Positions 41,779 through 55,896 are shown, counted from the first letter of the stretch. The stretch is DNA of 64,000 bases from Chrysomallon squamiferum (GCA_012295275.1 CM022673.1:3968001-4032000), one strand, 5' to 3'. Numbers and translations are program-made. Notes: a model not told the origin generated them from the letters alone.

Positions 41779-43290
41779 TAGGGTTGTCGTAAGTCTGTGT
41801 TATCCTGGACTGAGGTATCAAAATTCGCAAGGGGGATGAAGGAAACAAATTATCCAAAAGTACGGAATTTCGGCTTCTATAGATTTACATATATTATCAG
41901 GTCAATAATAATAATAATAATAATCATAATCATAATCATAATCATAATAATAAATAAATAAATAAATAAATAAATACATTTTTAAAAAACCGGTAGTCTG
42001 TGAGAAAAATTTCGTAACGACCTCATTCAATTTTCGTTAGCTTGTACGTTTGCCTACTTGGCCGGTTTTCGTGCTTGTAGTATCCTTATTCCATAATTAG
42101 TGCTGTTGTAGCCATATTATTGGCATTTGTAATACTTATCTTGCAAGCAAGGCATTTTTCAGTAATAATCTAGTCACTTTCTCTATATTATTTCCGTGCA
42201 TTGTCAACTACTACCGTTGCGGTAGTAATGTGGTTGCCTAGCCAACACTCTAGAGTACACTCTCGAACCAGCTCTGACGCTTGTCAGTGTTTGTTTATCG
42301 ACATATTACTTCTTGCTATTTGTAATTTGTTGAAGTTTATCAAACGATAAAAGACCCTGACAAGTTGTCCAAACGGAAATGTAAATTCACACCAGAGATT
42401 CAGAACAAACTCCCTTGCTTTAAGATAGGAAGGAGTGAATAGCAAGCAGAGTTTTGGTGTGCAAATCGGGAAAATTAGTCTCTGTGGCATATAGAGGTAT
42501 TGGTGATTTATACATACATGTGAACTCTGAAAAACACGTGAGAGCAGTGCGAGCAGAGAGCTCATCAATGAAACTGACGGAACAAAAGGAAGTAAAAGAG
42601 AAGACGCTCTCGATGCTGCAGAAGGTGCTGATGCATTTCACACCGTTAAACATCACGACAGTCTTTTAATCCGTGGATTGTTCAGCTGTTTTGCTGAAAA
42701 AGACTTTCACTGAAGCTGAGTTGGCAAAGAGATTTTCTAGAGCTCGAACAAAGACAGAGACAATTGTTACATCTGAGCTTGCACTGCATTCTACTGATGT
42801 TGTCTTGAAAGGTTTTAAAGAAAATGAAATCGCATTCTGTGGAATAACTACAGATGGAAGTATACATGATACTTTAAAGCTGTTTCCTGTAATTATTAAT
42901 TGTTATTATTGGAAGAATAGTCAAAACTGATTTAAAAGGCATAATGAGACTGCAGACAAATATGCTAATTATGTAAAAGAGAGGCTAGAGATAAAAATAA
43001 ACTCTCTGAAAAGTGCGTGGCATTCACAGGTGACAGCTGCAGTACAATGTTTGGAGGACTCAAGTGTAATGAAGAAGGAAATGATGTGTTTTCACATTTG
43101 AAGAAAATGTTGGAAAAGAGATTATTAATGTTATATCTAATCATGGAAATAAAGCACTTATGAGAGTTTACTTGTAGATTAACTGGACATGAAATCATCA
43201 ATTTTCAGAAAAATCTTGTAAAAATCTGTCTTGGCAGAACTAACTGTGTCGAACATGGAGCAGAAAGAATGAATATTTTATTAACAGCTA
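41779..43290 (+). mobile_element. Decayed hAT-superfamily transposon with transposase remnant
   Basis: TAGGGTTG-type end at ~41779. Frameshifted pieces: BED-like CKSG...HVNSEKHVRAV, DCSAVLLKKTF...AKRFSRARTKTETIV, FCGITTDGS (first catalytic D), KLFPVII, AFTGDSCSTMFGG (second D). Confidence 0.8.
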
Positions 43291-44540
43291 CTAAATAAGT
43301 GACTGAAATGAATAATTCTTAACTGCATTTTAATTTTTTGATTTATATATATATATATATATTAATTTGCTCTAATGACAGAAAATGAATGAGCAAAATA
43401 TTTTTCATGGATGTCTTGTCAAAACTGTCAATCTTTTAAAGTTTTAAAAATATTTTATTTTTGCATTATAAACATGTAACTAACTAAATTCTTTCTGTTT
43501 TATTTAAGAGTGAAATTGTCAGTGTCCATCCATCAAAAATCCCTGTAACAGTGGAACAGATAAATACACCAGATGTATGGTAGGTATACATAGGTAAAAA
43601 CAACATTAATAAATGCTGTCCAAAAAAACACAATCTTGATAACCTGTTTTGAAAATGCTTTCTAACATACATTAGTCACCATCAATCCAAAATGTTGTTA
43701 GGCATTTTCAGTTTTGTAACATTTGTCTCTTGATTTTTTCATAACTTCTGTCTCCTGAGAATCTCCTTTTAACATTGACCTGATGGTCTCCTTCAGCTGA
43801 TGAACTTTTGGCTGGTTGTGTGACAGGTTTTTTTTTTTTTGTTTGTTTGTTTGTTGTTGTTGTTGTTGTTTTGTTTTTAGTTATTTCAGTTAAGGAAATG
43901 TATCTGGAAGACTGGAAAGTGTGATTGATCACAATACGAGACATACTTTTAACATTTAGGATTTGTCTTGATGTATTTATAATATAGCAGAGTATATTTG
44001 AAAAACATGCTTATGTCAAAATTAATTTTAATGTTATTAAATGAAATTATATTTTTATTTCACTATTATTGTTGTTATTATTATTATTATTTGAACAGAA
44101 TTATCATTACCCAGTTAACCATGTAACAAATTAGTCATACAATGGCAGTGTTTTCTTCTTTTATACAAAAATGACATATTTATGTCAAAATAGAAAAAAA
44201 AATGAAAAATAGTTTTTTTTTCTCTTTTTACCAGTTAACCACATACTAAATTTGTCAATACAATGGACATGTTTTCTTCTTTTATAAAGAAAAAAAAAAC
44301 ATAATTACATAGCACCACTATCACTATTTTCTTTGTACGATTTTATATCACTCAAACACTGATAAAATAAGAGTGAAATTGTCAGTGTCCATCAAAAAGT
44401 CCTGTAACAGTGAAAAGGGTTTTTACTTAAATGACTCTCATATCAACTTGTGTGAAGTGTCAGTACATGTAACTATATATGAACCCTGGTGTGTGTAACA
44501 TGACTACATTCAGTGGAGCAAAGGCATGCACGCACGCACA

Positions 44541-44574
<34 letters not shown>

Positions 44575-44616
44575 TCTGTTATTTAGGAATTTAGTGTGAG
44601 GATTTTGCTTTTCCAG

Positions 44617-44699
44617 GTTGGAGAAATCGCTGTGTTCCTGTGTTCTCCTGCAGCTGATCAGATGATTGGCACTTCAGTAACAGTGGACGGTGGATGGAT
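44617..44699 (+). pseudogene. Truncated duplicate of the BDH last exon
   Basis: [27 protein letters not shown], then a ~61-nt deletion removing TAH and the stop. Confidence 0.85.
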
Positions 44700-45797
44700 A
44701 CATTTATACATTTTCTTTTTTTTCTCATTAAATGTTTTTATTATCTTCTTTTTTTAACAAATTTTACAAAGATTTATGAATTATTTTTACCAATTATATA
44801 CTACCAGTGATAATATTCAGATTGTTATTTTGTTTTATTATCAATTTGTTTTTTTTAAATAATAAAAAATAAATGTATATAATATTAGCAAATTTTATAT
44901 GATCTCTTACACATTTAAAGGCTGGGATGTATTTAAAATAATAAAGAAACAGTTCATTTACAACTATTAGCGAGTATCATAGGAACTGGAGTATTTTCAT
45001 TCTTATTGAAATAAAAATGTTTTCTCTGGAAACTAATCTTTGTTAGTAACAAAGTATGAAAATCAATTATGTTGCATTTTTTTCATGTAATCAGGTGTTT
45101 AAAACAATATTAATAATAATAAATCTACAAATAGTCAGTCTATTCAACACTTTTTTAAAAAGAAAGTTTAATATTTTCGCATAACTTTTATCACATGTTC
45201 AGTTACATATATCTTCCGACTGGGATATGAAACTGGGAAAACCATTGTTTTGTTTTAGTTAATAAAACTGAGTTTTTAGTGTAGACAGATCTTTCAACAG
45301 CATACAGAATAACTGTTAAAAAAAAGTACTAATATGTTTTCCAACTCAGCTTCCAAAGTTAGTATTGTTAATAAAACTATTGTTTTTTAAAAGTCGTTTT
45401 TATTTCATTTAATTGTTAAATAGCAAAAACAAAAAATATGGTTTAAAAAATATATTTTATTTCGTTTAACATGTACAGTCAGTGGAAAACAAAACAAATA
45501 ATAGAAATTATTTGAAGTTCACTCTACTTTTAAAAAAAAAAAAAAAAAAAAAATTGGTTACAGTAACAGAAATCACTAACAAAGATTTGGTTTTAAAAAT
45601 CGTTTTTCTTTTCTTTTTCTTTTATTTTTTTTTTCTTACAAAGCTTTAAGTACTACAATATTAATGTATACATTAGCTCAAATGAATAGCGATTTTTTGA
45701 TGTGTTGAAAATAGTTTGAACTAACAGTTGCAAAGTGTTTTCAAATATCCATCATAACTGCTTCTGTCATGATCAAAATATAAAAAAAATAAAATAA

Positions 45798-45843
<46 letters not shown>

Positions 45844-46069
45844 GTAATAATAAATAAAATAAAATAAATAAATAAATAATATTAAAGCCATTTCTAAATG
45901 CCAATAACCCTTAATGCTTTAAATACAAGTAATTTGAATGACAGTACATAAAAACATAAAAATATGTGATAGAGATTTAAAAAAAAAAAAAAAAAAAAAA
46001 AAATGAAATGTAAGAATAAATTAATCAGAAAATATTAAAGAATGGAAAAAGTCTATAGTTGATTTTTTC

Positions 46070-46210
46070 ACCTCTGAAAGTGAGGAGTTGCATACACAGA
46101 TTCCCGCAGTATGTCGGTTGAGATTTGAACCTCAGAACCTCCACACAACGGTTCACCAAGTATACTGCATAACCAAATTTCAAAGGCAACTAAACCTCTT
46201 TCTTTCAGGT
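46070..46210. other. Hypervariable 141-nt cassette, copy 2
   Basis: Gap-free homolog of copy 1. Confidence 0.7.
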
Positions 46211-47393
46211 ATATAACACCCATTTGTAACTATGTCTAGTAAAGGTTTTTGTTTTTTAAAAATATGAAAAAGATTAATAGTATAGTGAACAGCGCTGATC
46301 TACTTTTGGAGAAACAAATTCACAAATTTACATTTTGATCAGTTTTAAAAATATTTTATAAATTATAACAAAAATGCACGAACTTTTCCGAAAGTAGGTC
46401 GCGGCCACGTATTAGACATAAATAGATACTCAGGTGAAAAAATATACAGGTAGGGTTGTAAGTCCGTATTTTCCAGCGTCTTGAAATTTGGAATAGGGGA
46501 AGATATTTCAGAAATTCTCCAAAAGTCCCTTGCTTTAAGATAGGAAGGTGTAAATGGTAACCAGAGTTTTGGTGTGCAAATCAGGAAAATTAGTCTCTGT
46601 GGCATATAGAGGTATTGGTGATTTACACATACATGTGACTGAAATGAATAATTCTTAATTGCATTTTAATTTTTTGATTTATCTCACCATATATATATTA
46701 ATTTGCTCTAATGACAGAAAATGAATGAGCCAAATATTTTTCATACATGTCTTGTCAAAACTGTCAATTTTTTAAAGTTGTAAAAATATTTTATTTATGC
46801 ATTATAAACATGTAACTCACTAAAATCTTTCTGTTTTATTTAAGAGTGAAATTTTCAGTGTCCATCCATCAAAAATCCCTGTAACAGTGGAACAGATAAA
46901 TACACCAGATGTATGGTAGGTATACATAGGTAAAAACAACAGTAATAAATGCTGTCCAAAAAACACAATCTTGATAACCTGTTTTGAAAATGCTTTCTTA
47001 CATACATTAGTCACCATCAATCCAAAATGTTGTTAGGCATTTTCAGTTTGGCAACATTTGTCTCTTGATTTTTTCCTAACTTTTGTCTCCTGAGAATCTC
47101 CTTTTAACATTGACCTGATGGTCTCCTTCAGCTGATGAACTTTTGGCTGGTTGTGTGACAGTTTTTTTTTTTTTCTTTTGTTTTTAGTTATTTCAGTTAA
47201 GGAAATGTATCTGGAAGACTGGAAAGGTAAAAAGTGTGATTGATCACAATACGAGACATACTTTTATTATTTAGGATTTGTCTTTATGTATTAAATATTT
47301 AAAATATAGCAGAGTATATTTGAAAAACATGCTTATGTCAAAATTAATTTTAATGTTATTAAATGAAATTATATTTTTATTTCACTATTATAG

Positions 47394-47440
<47 letters not shown>

Positions 47441-47880
47441 TGAACAGAATTATCATTACCCAATTAACCATGTAACAAATTAGTCATACAATGGTAGTGT
47501 TTTCTTCTTTTATACAAAAATGACATATTTATGTCAAAATAGCAAAAAAATGAAAAATTGTTTTTTTTCTCCTTTTACCAGTTAACCACATACTAAATTT
47601 GTCAATGCAATGGACAAGTTTTCTTCTTTTCTAAAAAAAACCCCACATAATTACATAGCACCACTATCACTATTTTCTTTGTACGATTTTATATCACTCA
47701 AACACTGATAAAATAAGAGTGAAATTGTCAGTGTCCATCCATCAAAAAGTCCTGTAACAGTGAAAAGGGTTTTTACTTAAATGACTCTCATATCAACGTG
47801 TGTGAAGTGTCAGTACATGTAACTATATATGAACCCTGGTGTGTGTAACATGACTACATTCAGTGGAGCAAAGGAACGCA

Positions 47881-47912
<32 letters not shown>

Positions 47913-47998
47913 CACTACAATGCAGATACACTGATGTTCCGAGATAAATATACGTGTCTGTTATTTAGGAATTTAGTGTGAGGATTTTGCTTTTCCAG

Positions 47999-48091
47999 GT
48001 TGGAGAAATCGCTGTGTTCCTGTGTTCTCCCGCAGCTGATCAGATGATTGGCACTTCAGTAACAGTGGACGGTGGATGGATAAATTTATAG
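47999..48091 (+). pseudogene. Truncated duplicate of the BDH last exon (...DGGWINL*)
   Basis: Same deletion as the 44617 copy; acceptor TTTTCCAG intact. Confidence 0.85.
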
Positions 48092-49181
48092 ATTTTCTTT
48101 TTTTTCTCATTAAATGTTTTTTTATTCTTTTTTTTTTAACAAATTTTACAAAGATTTATGAATTATTTTTACCAGTTATATACTACCAGTGATAATATTC
48201 AGATTGTTATTTTGTTTTATTATTATTATTATTTTTAAAATAATCAAAAATAAATGTATATAATATTAGCAAATTTTATATGATCACTGACACTTTTAAA
48301 GGCTGGGATGTATTTTAAATAATAAAGAAACAGTTCATTTGCAACTATTAGCGAGTATCATAGGAACTGGAGTATTTTCATTCTTATTGAAATAAAAATG
48401 TTTTCTCTGGAAACTAATCTTTGTTAGTAACAAAGTATGAAAATCAATTATGTTGCATTTTTTTCATGTAATCAGGTGTTTAAAACAATATTAATAATAA
48501 TAAATCTGCAAATAGTCAGTCTATTCAACACTTTTTTAAAAAGAAAGTTTAATATTTTCGCATAACTTTTATCACATGTTCAGTTACATATATCTTCCGA
48601 CTGGGATATGAAACTGGGAAAACCATTGTTTTGTTTTAGTTAATAAAACTGAGTTTTTGTGTAGACAGATCTTTCAACAGCATACAGAATAACTGTTAAA
48701 AAAAAGTACTAATATGTTTTCCAACTCAGCTTCCAAAGTTAGTATTGTTAATAAAACTATTGTTTTTTAAAAGTCGTTTTTATTTCATTTAATTGTTAAA
48801 TAGCAAAAACAAAAAATATGGTTTAAAAAATCGATTTTATTTCGTTTAACATGTACAGTCAGTAGAAAACAAAACAAATAATAGAAATTATTTGAAGTTC
48901 ACTCGATTTTTAAAAAAAAATAAAAAAAAATAAAAAAAATTGGTTACAGTAACAGAAATCACTAACAAAGATTTGGTTTTAAAAATCGTTTTTCTTTTCT
49001 TTTTCTTTGTATTTTTTTTTTTCTTACAAAGCTTTAAGTACTACAATATTAATGTATACATTAGCTCAAATTACTAGCGATTTTTTGATGTGTTGAAAAT
49101 AGTTTGACCTAACAGTTGCAAAGTGTTTTCTAATATGCATCATAACTGCTTCTGTCATGATAAAAAAAAAAAAAAAAAAAA

Positions 49182-49227
<46 letters not shown>

Positions 49228-49450
49228 GTAATAGTAATAGTAATAATAATAATAAATAAATAAATAATATTAAAGCCATTTCTAAATGCCAGTATCCCTT
49301 AATACTTTAAATACATGTAATTTGAATGACAGTACATAAAAATTTAAAATGTGTGATAGAGATTTAAAAAAAAATAAAGAAATAAATAAATGAAATGTAA
49401 GAATAAATTAATCAGAAAATATTAAAGAATGGAAAAAGGGTTTTTTTCAC

Positions 49451-49591
49451 ACCTCAGAATAGGACGGGTTGTATACACAGATTCCCGCAACATGTCGGTT
49501 GAGACTTGAACCTCATACCTTCGACACGATGGTTCACGGCGTATACCACACAACCGAATTAAGAAGGCAACTGAACTAGTTTGTTACAGGT
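49451..49591. other. Hypervariable 141-nt cassette, copy 3
   Basis: Gap-free homolog of copy 1; 32 mismatches to copy 2 by manual count. Confidence 0.7.
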
Positions 49592-49837
49592 ATATAACAC
49601 CCGTTTGCAACTACGTCTATAAAGGTTTTCTTTTTTTTTTTTTTGAAAATATGAAAAATATAAATAGTATGGTGAACAGCACTGATCTATTTTTGGAGAA
49701 ACAAATCCACAAATTTACATTTTGATCAGTTTTAAAAATATTTTATAAATTATAACAAAAATCCACGAACTTTTCCGAAAGTAGGTCGGGGCCACGTATT
49801 AGACATAAATAGATACTCAGGTGAAAAAATATACAGG

Positions 49838-50967
49838 TAGGGTTGTAAGTCCGTATTTTCCAGCATGTTAAAATTTGGAATAGGGGAAGATATTTCAGAA
49901 ATTCTTCAAAAGTCCCTTGCTTTAAGATAGGAAGGTGTAAATGGCAAGCAGAGTTTTGGTGTGCAAATCAGGAAAATTAGTCTCTGTGGCATATAGAGGT
50001 ATTGGTGATTTACACATACATGTGAAAAACACGTGAGAGCAGTGCGAGGAGAGAGCTCATCAATGAAACTGACGGAACAAAAGGAAGTAAAAGAGAAGAC
50101 GCTCTGGATGCTGCAGAAGGTACTGATGCATTTCACACCGTTAAACATCACGACAGTCTTTTAATCCGTGGATTGTTCATCTGTTTTGCTGAAAAAGACT
50201 TTCACTGAAACTGAGTTGGCAAAGAGATTTTCTAGAGCTCGAACAAAGATAGAACCAATTGTTACATCTGAGCTTGCACTGCATTCTACTGATGTTGTCT
50301 TGAAAGGTTTTAAAGAAAATGAAATCGCATTCTGTGAAATAACTACAGATGGAAACATACATGATACCTTAAAGCTGTTTCCTGTAATTATGAATTATTA
50401 TGATTGGAAGAATAGTCGAAACTGATTTAGTTTATGAATAAGCATAATGAGACTGCAGACAGATATGGTAATTATGTAAAAGAGAGGCTAGAGATAAAAA
50501 TAAACTCTCTGAAAAGTGTGTGGCATTCACAGGTGACAATTGCAGTACAATGTTTGGAGGACTCGAGTGTCATGAAGAAGGAAATGATGTGTTTTCACAT
50601 TCGAAGAAAATGTTGGAAAAGAGATTATTAATTGGAGTAGGTTGCCCAGCACATATTCTAAGAAACCGTGCCCGTGGCCTATAAGAGGGGTTCCAGTCGA
50701 CACTTTGTTCCGGGTCCTAACAGCTAAGAAGGGCCCCTCAGCAACCATGGGACATCCATCCCCCATCGAGAACAAACACGTTATGCCTGTCTGATTATGT
50801 TACATCTAATCATGGAAATAAAGCACTTACAAGAGTTTACTTGTAGATTAACTGGACATGAAATCCTCAACTTTGAGAAAAATCTTGTAAAAATCTGTCT
50901 TGGCAGAACTAACCGTGTCGAACAAGGAGCAGAAAGAATGAATATTTTATTAACAGCTACTAAATAA
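49838..50967 (+). mobile_element. Duplicated decayed hAT transposase remnant
   Basis: Homolog of ~42410-43290. It additionally retains LIGVGCPAHIL (hAT CxxH motif, ~50630-50660), which is deleted in the first copy. Confidence 0.8.
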
Positions 50968-51723
50968 GTGACTGAAATGAATAATTCTTAATTGCATTTT
51001 AATTTTTTTGATTTATCCCACCATATATATATTAATTTGCTCTAATGACAGAAAATGAATGAGCCAAATATTTTTCATACGTCTTGTCAAAACTGTCAAT
51101 TTTTTAAAGTTTTAAAAATATTTTATTTATGCATTATAAACATGTAACTAACTAAAATCTTTCTGTTTTATTTAAGAGTGAAATTTTCAGTGTCCATCCA
51201 TCAAAAAACCCTGTAACAGTGGAACAGATAAATACACCAGATGTATGGTAGGTATACATAGGTAAAAACAACAGTAATAAGTGCTGTCCAAAAAACACAA
51301 TCTTGATAACCTGTTTTGAAAATGCTTTCTAACATACATGGTCACATGAATCCAAAATGTTGTTAGGCATTTTCAGTTTTGTAACATTTGTCTCTTGATT
51401 TTTTTCCTAACTTTTGTCTCCTGAGAATCTCCTTTTAACATTCACCTGATGGTTTCCTTCAGCTGATGAACTTTTGGCTGGTTATGTGACAGCTTTTTTT
51501 TTTTTTTTCTTTTGTTTTTAGTTATTTCAGTTAAGGAAATGTATCTGGAAGACTGGAAAGGTAAAAAGTGTGATTGATCACAATACGAGACATACTTTTA
51601 TTATTTAGGATTTGTCTTGATGTATTAAATATTTAAAATATATCAGAGCATATTTGAAAAACATGCTTATGTCAAAATTAATTTTAATGTTATTAAATGA
51701 AATTATAATTTTAATTCACTATT

Positions 51724-51822
<99 letters not shown>

Positions 51823-52377
51823 TGAACAGAATTATCATTACCCAATTAACCATGTAACAAATTAGTCATACAATGGCAGTGTTTTCTTCTTTTATACAAA
51901 AATGACATATTTATGTGAAAATAGAAAAAAAAATGAAAAATTGTTTTTTTTTCTCTTTTTACCAGTTAACCACATACTAAATTTGTCAATGCAATGGACA
52001 TGTTTTCTTCTTTTATAAAGAAAAAAAACATAATTACATAGCACCACTATCACTATTTTCTTTGTACGATTTTATATCACTCAAACACTGATAAAATAAG
52101 AGTGAAATTGTCAGTGTCCATCCATCAAAAAGTCCTGTAACAGTGAAAAGGGTTTTTACTTAAATGACTCTCATATCAACTTGTGTGAAGTGTCAGTACA
52201 TGTAACTATATATGAACCCTGGTGTGTGTAACATGACTACATTCAGTGGAGCAAAGGCATGCATGCACGCACAAACACACACACACACACACACTACAAT
52301 GCAGATACACTGATGTTCCGAGATAAATATACGTGTCTGTTATTTAGGAATTTAGTGTGAGGATTTTGCTTTTCCAG

Positions 52378-52470
52378 GTTGGAGAAATCGCTGTGTTCCT
52401 GTGTTCTCCCGCAGCTGATCAGATGATTGGCACTTCAGTAACAGTGGACGGTGGATGGACAGCACACTGA
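52378..52470 (+). pseudogene. Intact duplicate of the BDH last exon (possible alternative terminal exon)
   Basis: [30 protein letters not shown], with intact acceptor and duplicated 3' UTR. One I>V change relative to 39807-39899. Confidence 0.8.
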
Positions 52471-55400
52471 CGTCTTTGAAATCTCTGTTTAGACTTTGTA
52501 ACATTCGTTAATTTCAGAGATAAATTTTTAGATTTTCTTTTTTTTCTCATTAAAAAATTTTATTATCTTTTTTTTTTTAACAAATTTTACAAAGATTTAT
52601 GAATTATTTTTACCAATTATATACTACCAGTGATAATATTCAGATTGTTATTTTGTTTTATTATTATTATTATTTTTAAAATAATCAAAAATAAATGTAT
52701 ATAATATTAGCAAATTTTATATGATCTCTTACACATTTAAAGGCTGGGTTGTATTTTAAATAATAAAGAAACAGTTCATTTGCAACTATTAGCGAGTATC
52801 ATAGGAACTGGAGTATTTTCATTCTTATTGAAATAAACATGTTTTAGCTGGAAACTAATCTTTGTTAGTAACAAAGTATGAAAATCAATTATGTTGCATT
52901 TTTTTCATTTAGTCAGGTGTTTAAAACAATATTAATAATAAATCTACAAATAGTCAGTCTATTCAACACTTTTTTAAAAAGAAAGTTTAATATTTTCACA
53001 TAACTTTTATCACATGTTCAGTTACATATATCTTTCGACTGGGATATGAAACTGGGAAAACAATTGTTTTGTTTTAGTTAATAAAACTGAGTTTTTGTGT
53101 AGACAGATCTTTCAACAGCATACAGAATAACTGTAACAAAAAAGTGTACTAAAACGTTTTTCCAACTCAGCTTCCAAAGTTAGTATTGTTAATAAAACTA
53201 TTGTTTTTAAAAGTCGTTTTTATTTCATTTAATTGTTAAATAGTAAAAACAAAAAATATGGTTTAAAAAATTTCGTTTAACATGTAAAGTCAGTGGAAAA
53301 CAAAACAAATAATAGAAACTATTTGAAGTTCACTCTACTTTAAAAAAAAAAAAAATAAATAAATAAATTGGTTACAATAACAGAAATCACTAACAAAGAT
53401 TTGGTTTTAAAAGTCGTTTTTCTTTTCTTTTTCTATGTAGGTATACATAGGTAAAAACAACATTAATAAATGCTGTCCAAAAAAACACAATTCTGATAAT
53501 CCGTTTCCAAAATGCTTTCTAACATACATTAGTCACCATCAATCCAAAATGTTGTTAGGCATTTTCAGTTTTGTAACATTTGTCTCTTGATTTTTTCCTA
53601 ACTTTTGTCTCCTGATCACAATACGAGACATACTTTTATTATTTAGGATTTGTCTTTATGTATTAAATATTTAAAATATAGCAGAGTATATTTGAAAATA
53701 AATTTTAAAGTTATTAAATGAAACTATATTTTTATTTCACTGTTGTTTTTGTTGTTGTTGTTGTTTTGGTGTTGTTGTTGTTGTTGTTATTATTATTTGA
53801 ATAGAATTATCATTACCCAGTTAACCGTGTGACAAATTAGTCATAGTTTTTTTTTTCCTTTATAAAAAACGACATATTTATGTGAAAATAGAAACAACCT
53901 AGAATATTTGTTTTTCTTCTTTTTACGACAGAATTATCATTACCCAGTTAACCACATAATAAATTTGTCAGTGCAGTGGACATGTTTTCTTCTCTTATAC
54001 AAACAATACATACTTTCATAGCACCACTATCACTATGATTGTATAATTTTTATATCACTCAAACACTGATAGAATAAGAGTGAAATTGTCAGTGTCCATC
54101 CATGAAAAAGTCCTGTAACAGTGAAAAGGGTTTTTACTTAAATGACTCTCATATCAACGTGTGTGAAGTGTCAGTACATGTAACAATATATGAACCCTGG
54201 TGTGTGTAACATGACTACATTCAGTGGAGCAAAGGCATGCACGCACGGGTTGTATTTATAGTAATAAAACAGTTCGTTTACAACTATTAGTTAGTATTAC
54301 AGAAAGTGGAGTATTTTGATTCTTATGTGATAGATTACTGAAATAAAAATGTTTTTTAATGTGATAACTAATCTTTGTTAGTAATTAAGTGTGACAATCA
54401 AGTAAGCTCAGTGAGTTGCAGTTTATTCATGTAGTCAGGTGTCTAAAACAATATTAGTAACAATAAATGTATCAAAAGTCAGACTGTCTAAAAAAACATT
54501 ATAATTATTTAAATTATAATTATTTACCATGACTGACAGGGAATGTGGCCATGCTCATAAATACATCTACCTTGATTTTTCAAGTGTTTGATGAACTGAG
54601 GCTAAAGCACAGCATCCAAAATCATAATTAATAAATAAGAAAAGAAAACAGTTGCGTACACCAAAAATCAATAAAAAAAAAAAAAAATAAAATAAATAAA
54701 AAATAAATAAAATAAATAAAATAAAATAAAAAACGTTAATATCTTGTGAAGCACATTTTACATAATTTTTCTTTCATTGCAGGCATTTTCGAAAATTGAA
54801 AAAGAAAAATTGATGTGGAAAAAGGATATGTTTTATAAATATTCATGCAGTAAAAAAGTAATAAGATCTAGCTAGTATGGAATAATTATCCCTGTGTAAT
54901 ACGTTTTAATGTTCATATATCCATCTTGTCTGTGGTAAGAGGCATGTAAAAAAAATCACCTCTTGCTAATTGATCAGAGTTCTGATTGTGGTTGTTTTCA
55001 TACTATCATTACACATCTAAATCATGCATGCTTTATACGTAATAATGATCAGTATAACAATGTGTCACAACTGTTAATGTATATTCCTGATTCCATGTAG
55101 ACTTGTGACAATGCTGTGTTCTTGTTACACTTTATTCATTTCAAAACTGATATTAATAAACTCCTCCAAAAAACTAAAAAAAACAATGAAATAATTACAT
55201 TTAGGCGTTTCATTATCACTGCTAAAAGACACTTTAACAAAAAATTTTTTTTTAATTAAGTGATTGAAATTAATCATTCTTAATTGCATTTTGATTTTTT
55301 TATTTATATTAATATCTCTCTCTATATATATATTAATTTGCTCTAATAACAGAAAATGAATGAGCAAAATATTGTTCATACATGTCTTGTCAAAACTATC

Positions 55401-55486
55401 AATTTTTTAATGTCTTAAGAATATTCTGAACTAACACTGATAAAGTATTTTGCAGTATGTATCATAATTGCTTCTTTCATACTCAA

Positions 55487-55527
<41 letters not shown>

Positions 55528-55755
55528 TAATAATTAAAAATATATATATATAAATATTAAATAAATAAATAAATAAATAAATAATATGAAAGCCATTTCG
55601 GAATACAAATAATATGAATGGCTAAACATAAAATTTGTGGTAGTGATTTTTCAATAATAAAAATTAATAAATGAAATCTAAGAATATATTAATGAGAATA
55701 TTTTTTTTTTTTTTTTTAAATGAACAAGGAAGAAAAAAGACTCATCTTTTTTCAC

Positions 55756-55896
55756 ACCTCTGAAACCGATGCATTGCATACACAGATTCTTGTAGTATGC
55801 CGGCTGAGATGTGAACCCCATAACCTCCACACCACAGACCTCCACATACACCACACAACCAAATTTCAAAGGCAACAAAAATTCGTTATTTCAGGT
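55756..55896. other. Hypervariable 141-nt cassette, copy 4
   Basis: Gap-free homolog; 36 mismatches to copy 1 by manual count. Confidence 0.7.

Larger units (their letters stand above)
43298..54480 (+). repeat. Tandem segmental duplication of the BDH 3' end plus downstream flank (units ~43298-46634, ~46635-50967, ~50968-53430, partial ~53437-54480)
   Basis: The first three units start with GTGACTGAAATGAATAATTCTT. They repeat, at high identity, exon 8 copies, exon 9, the 3' UTR and the flank found at 36820-41640. Confidence 0.93.

Noticed and set aside
42673-50425. 85-aa transposase ORFs as a domesticated or active gene
   Set aside because: Multiple frameshifts, stops and deletions in both copies.
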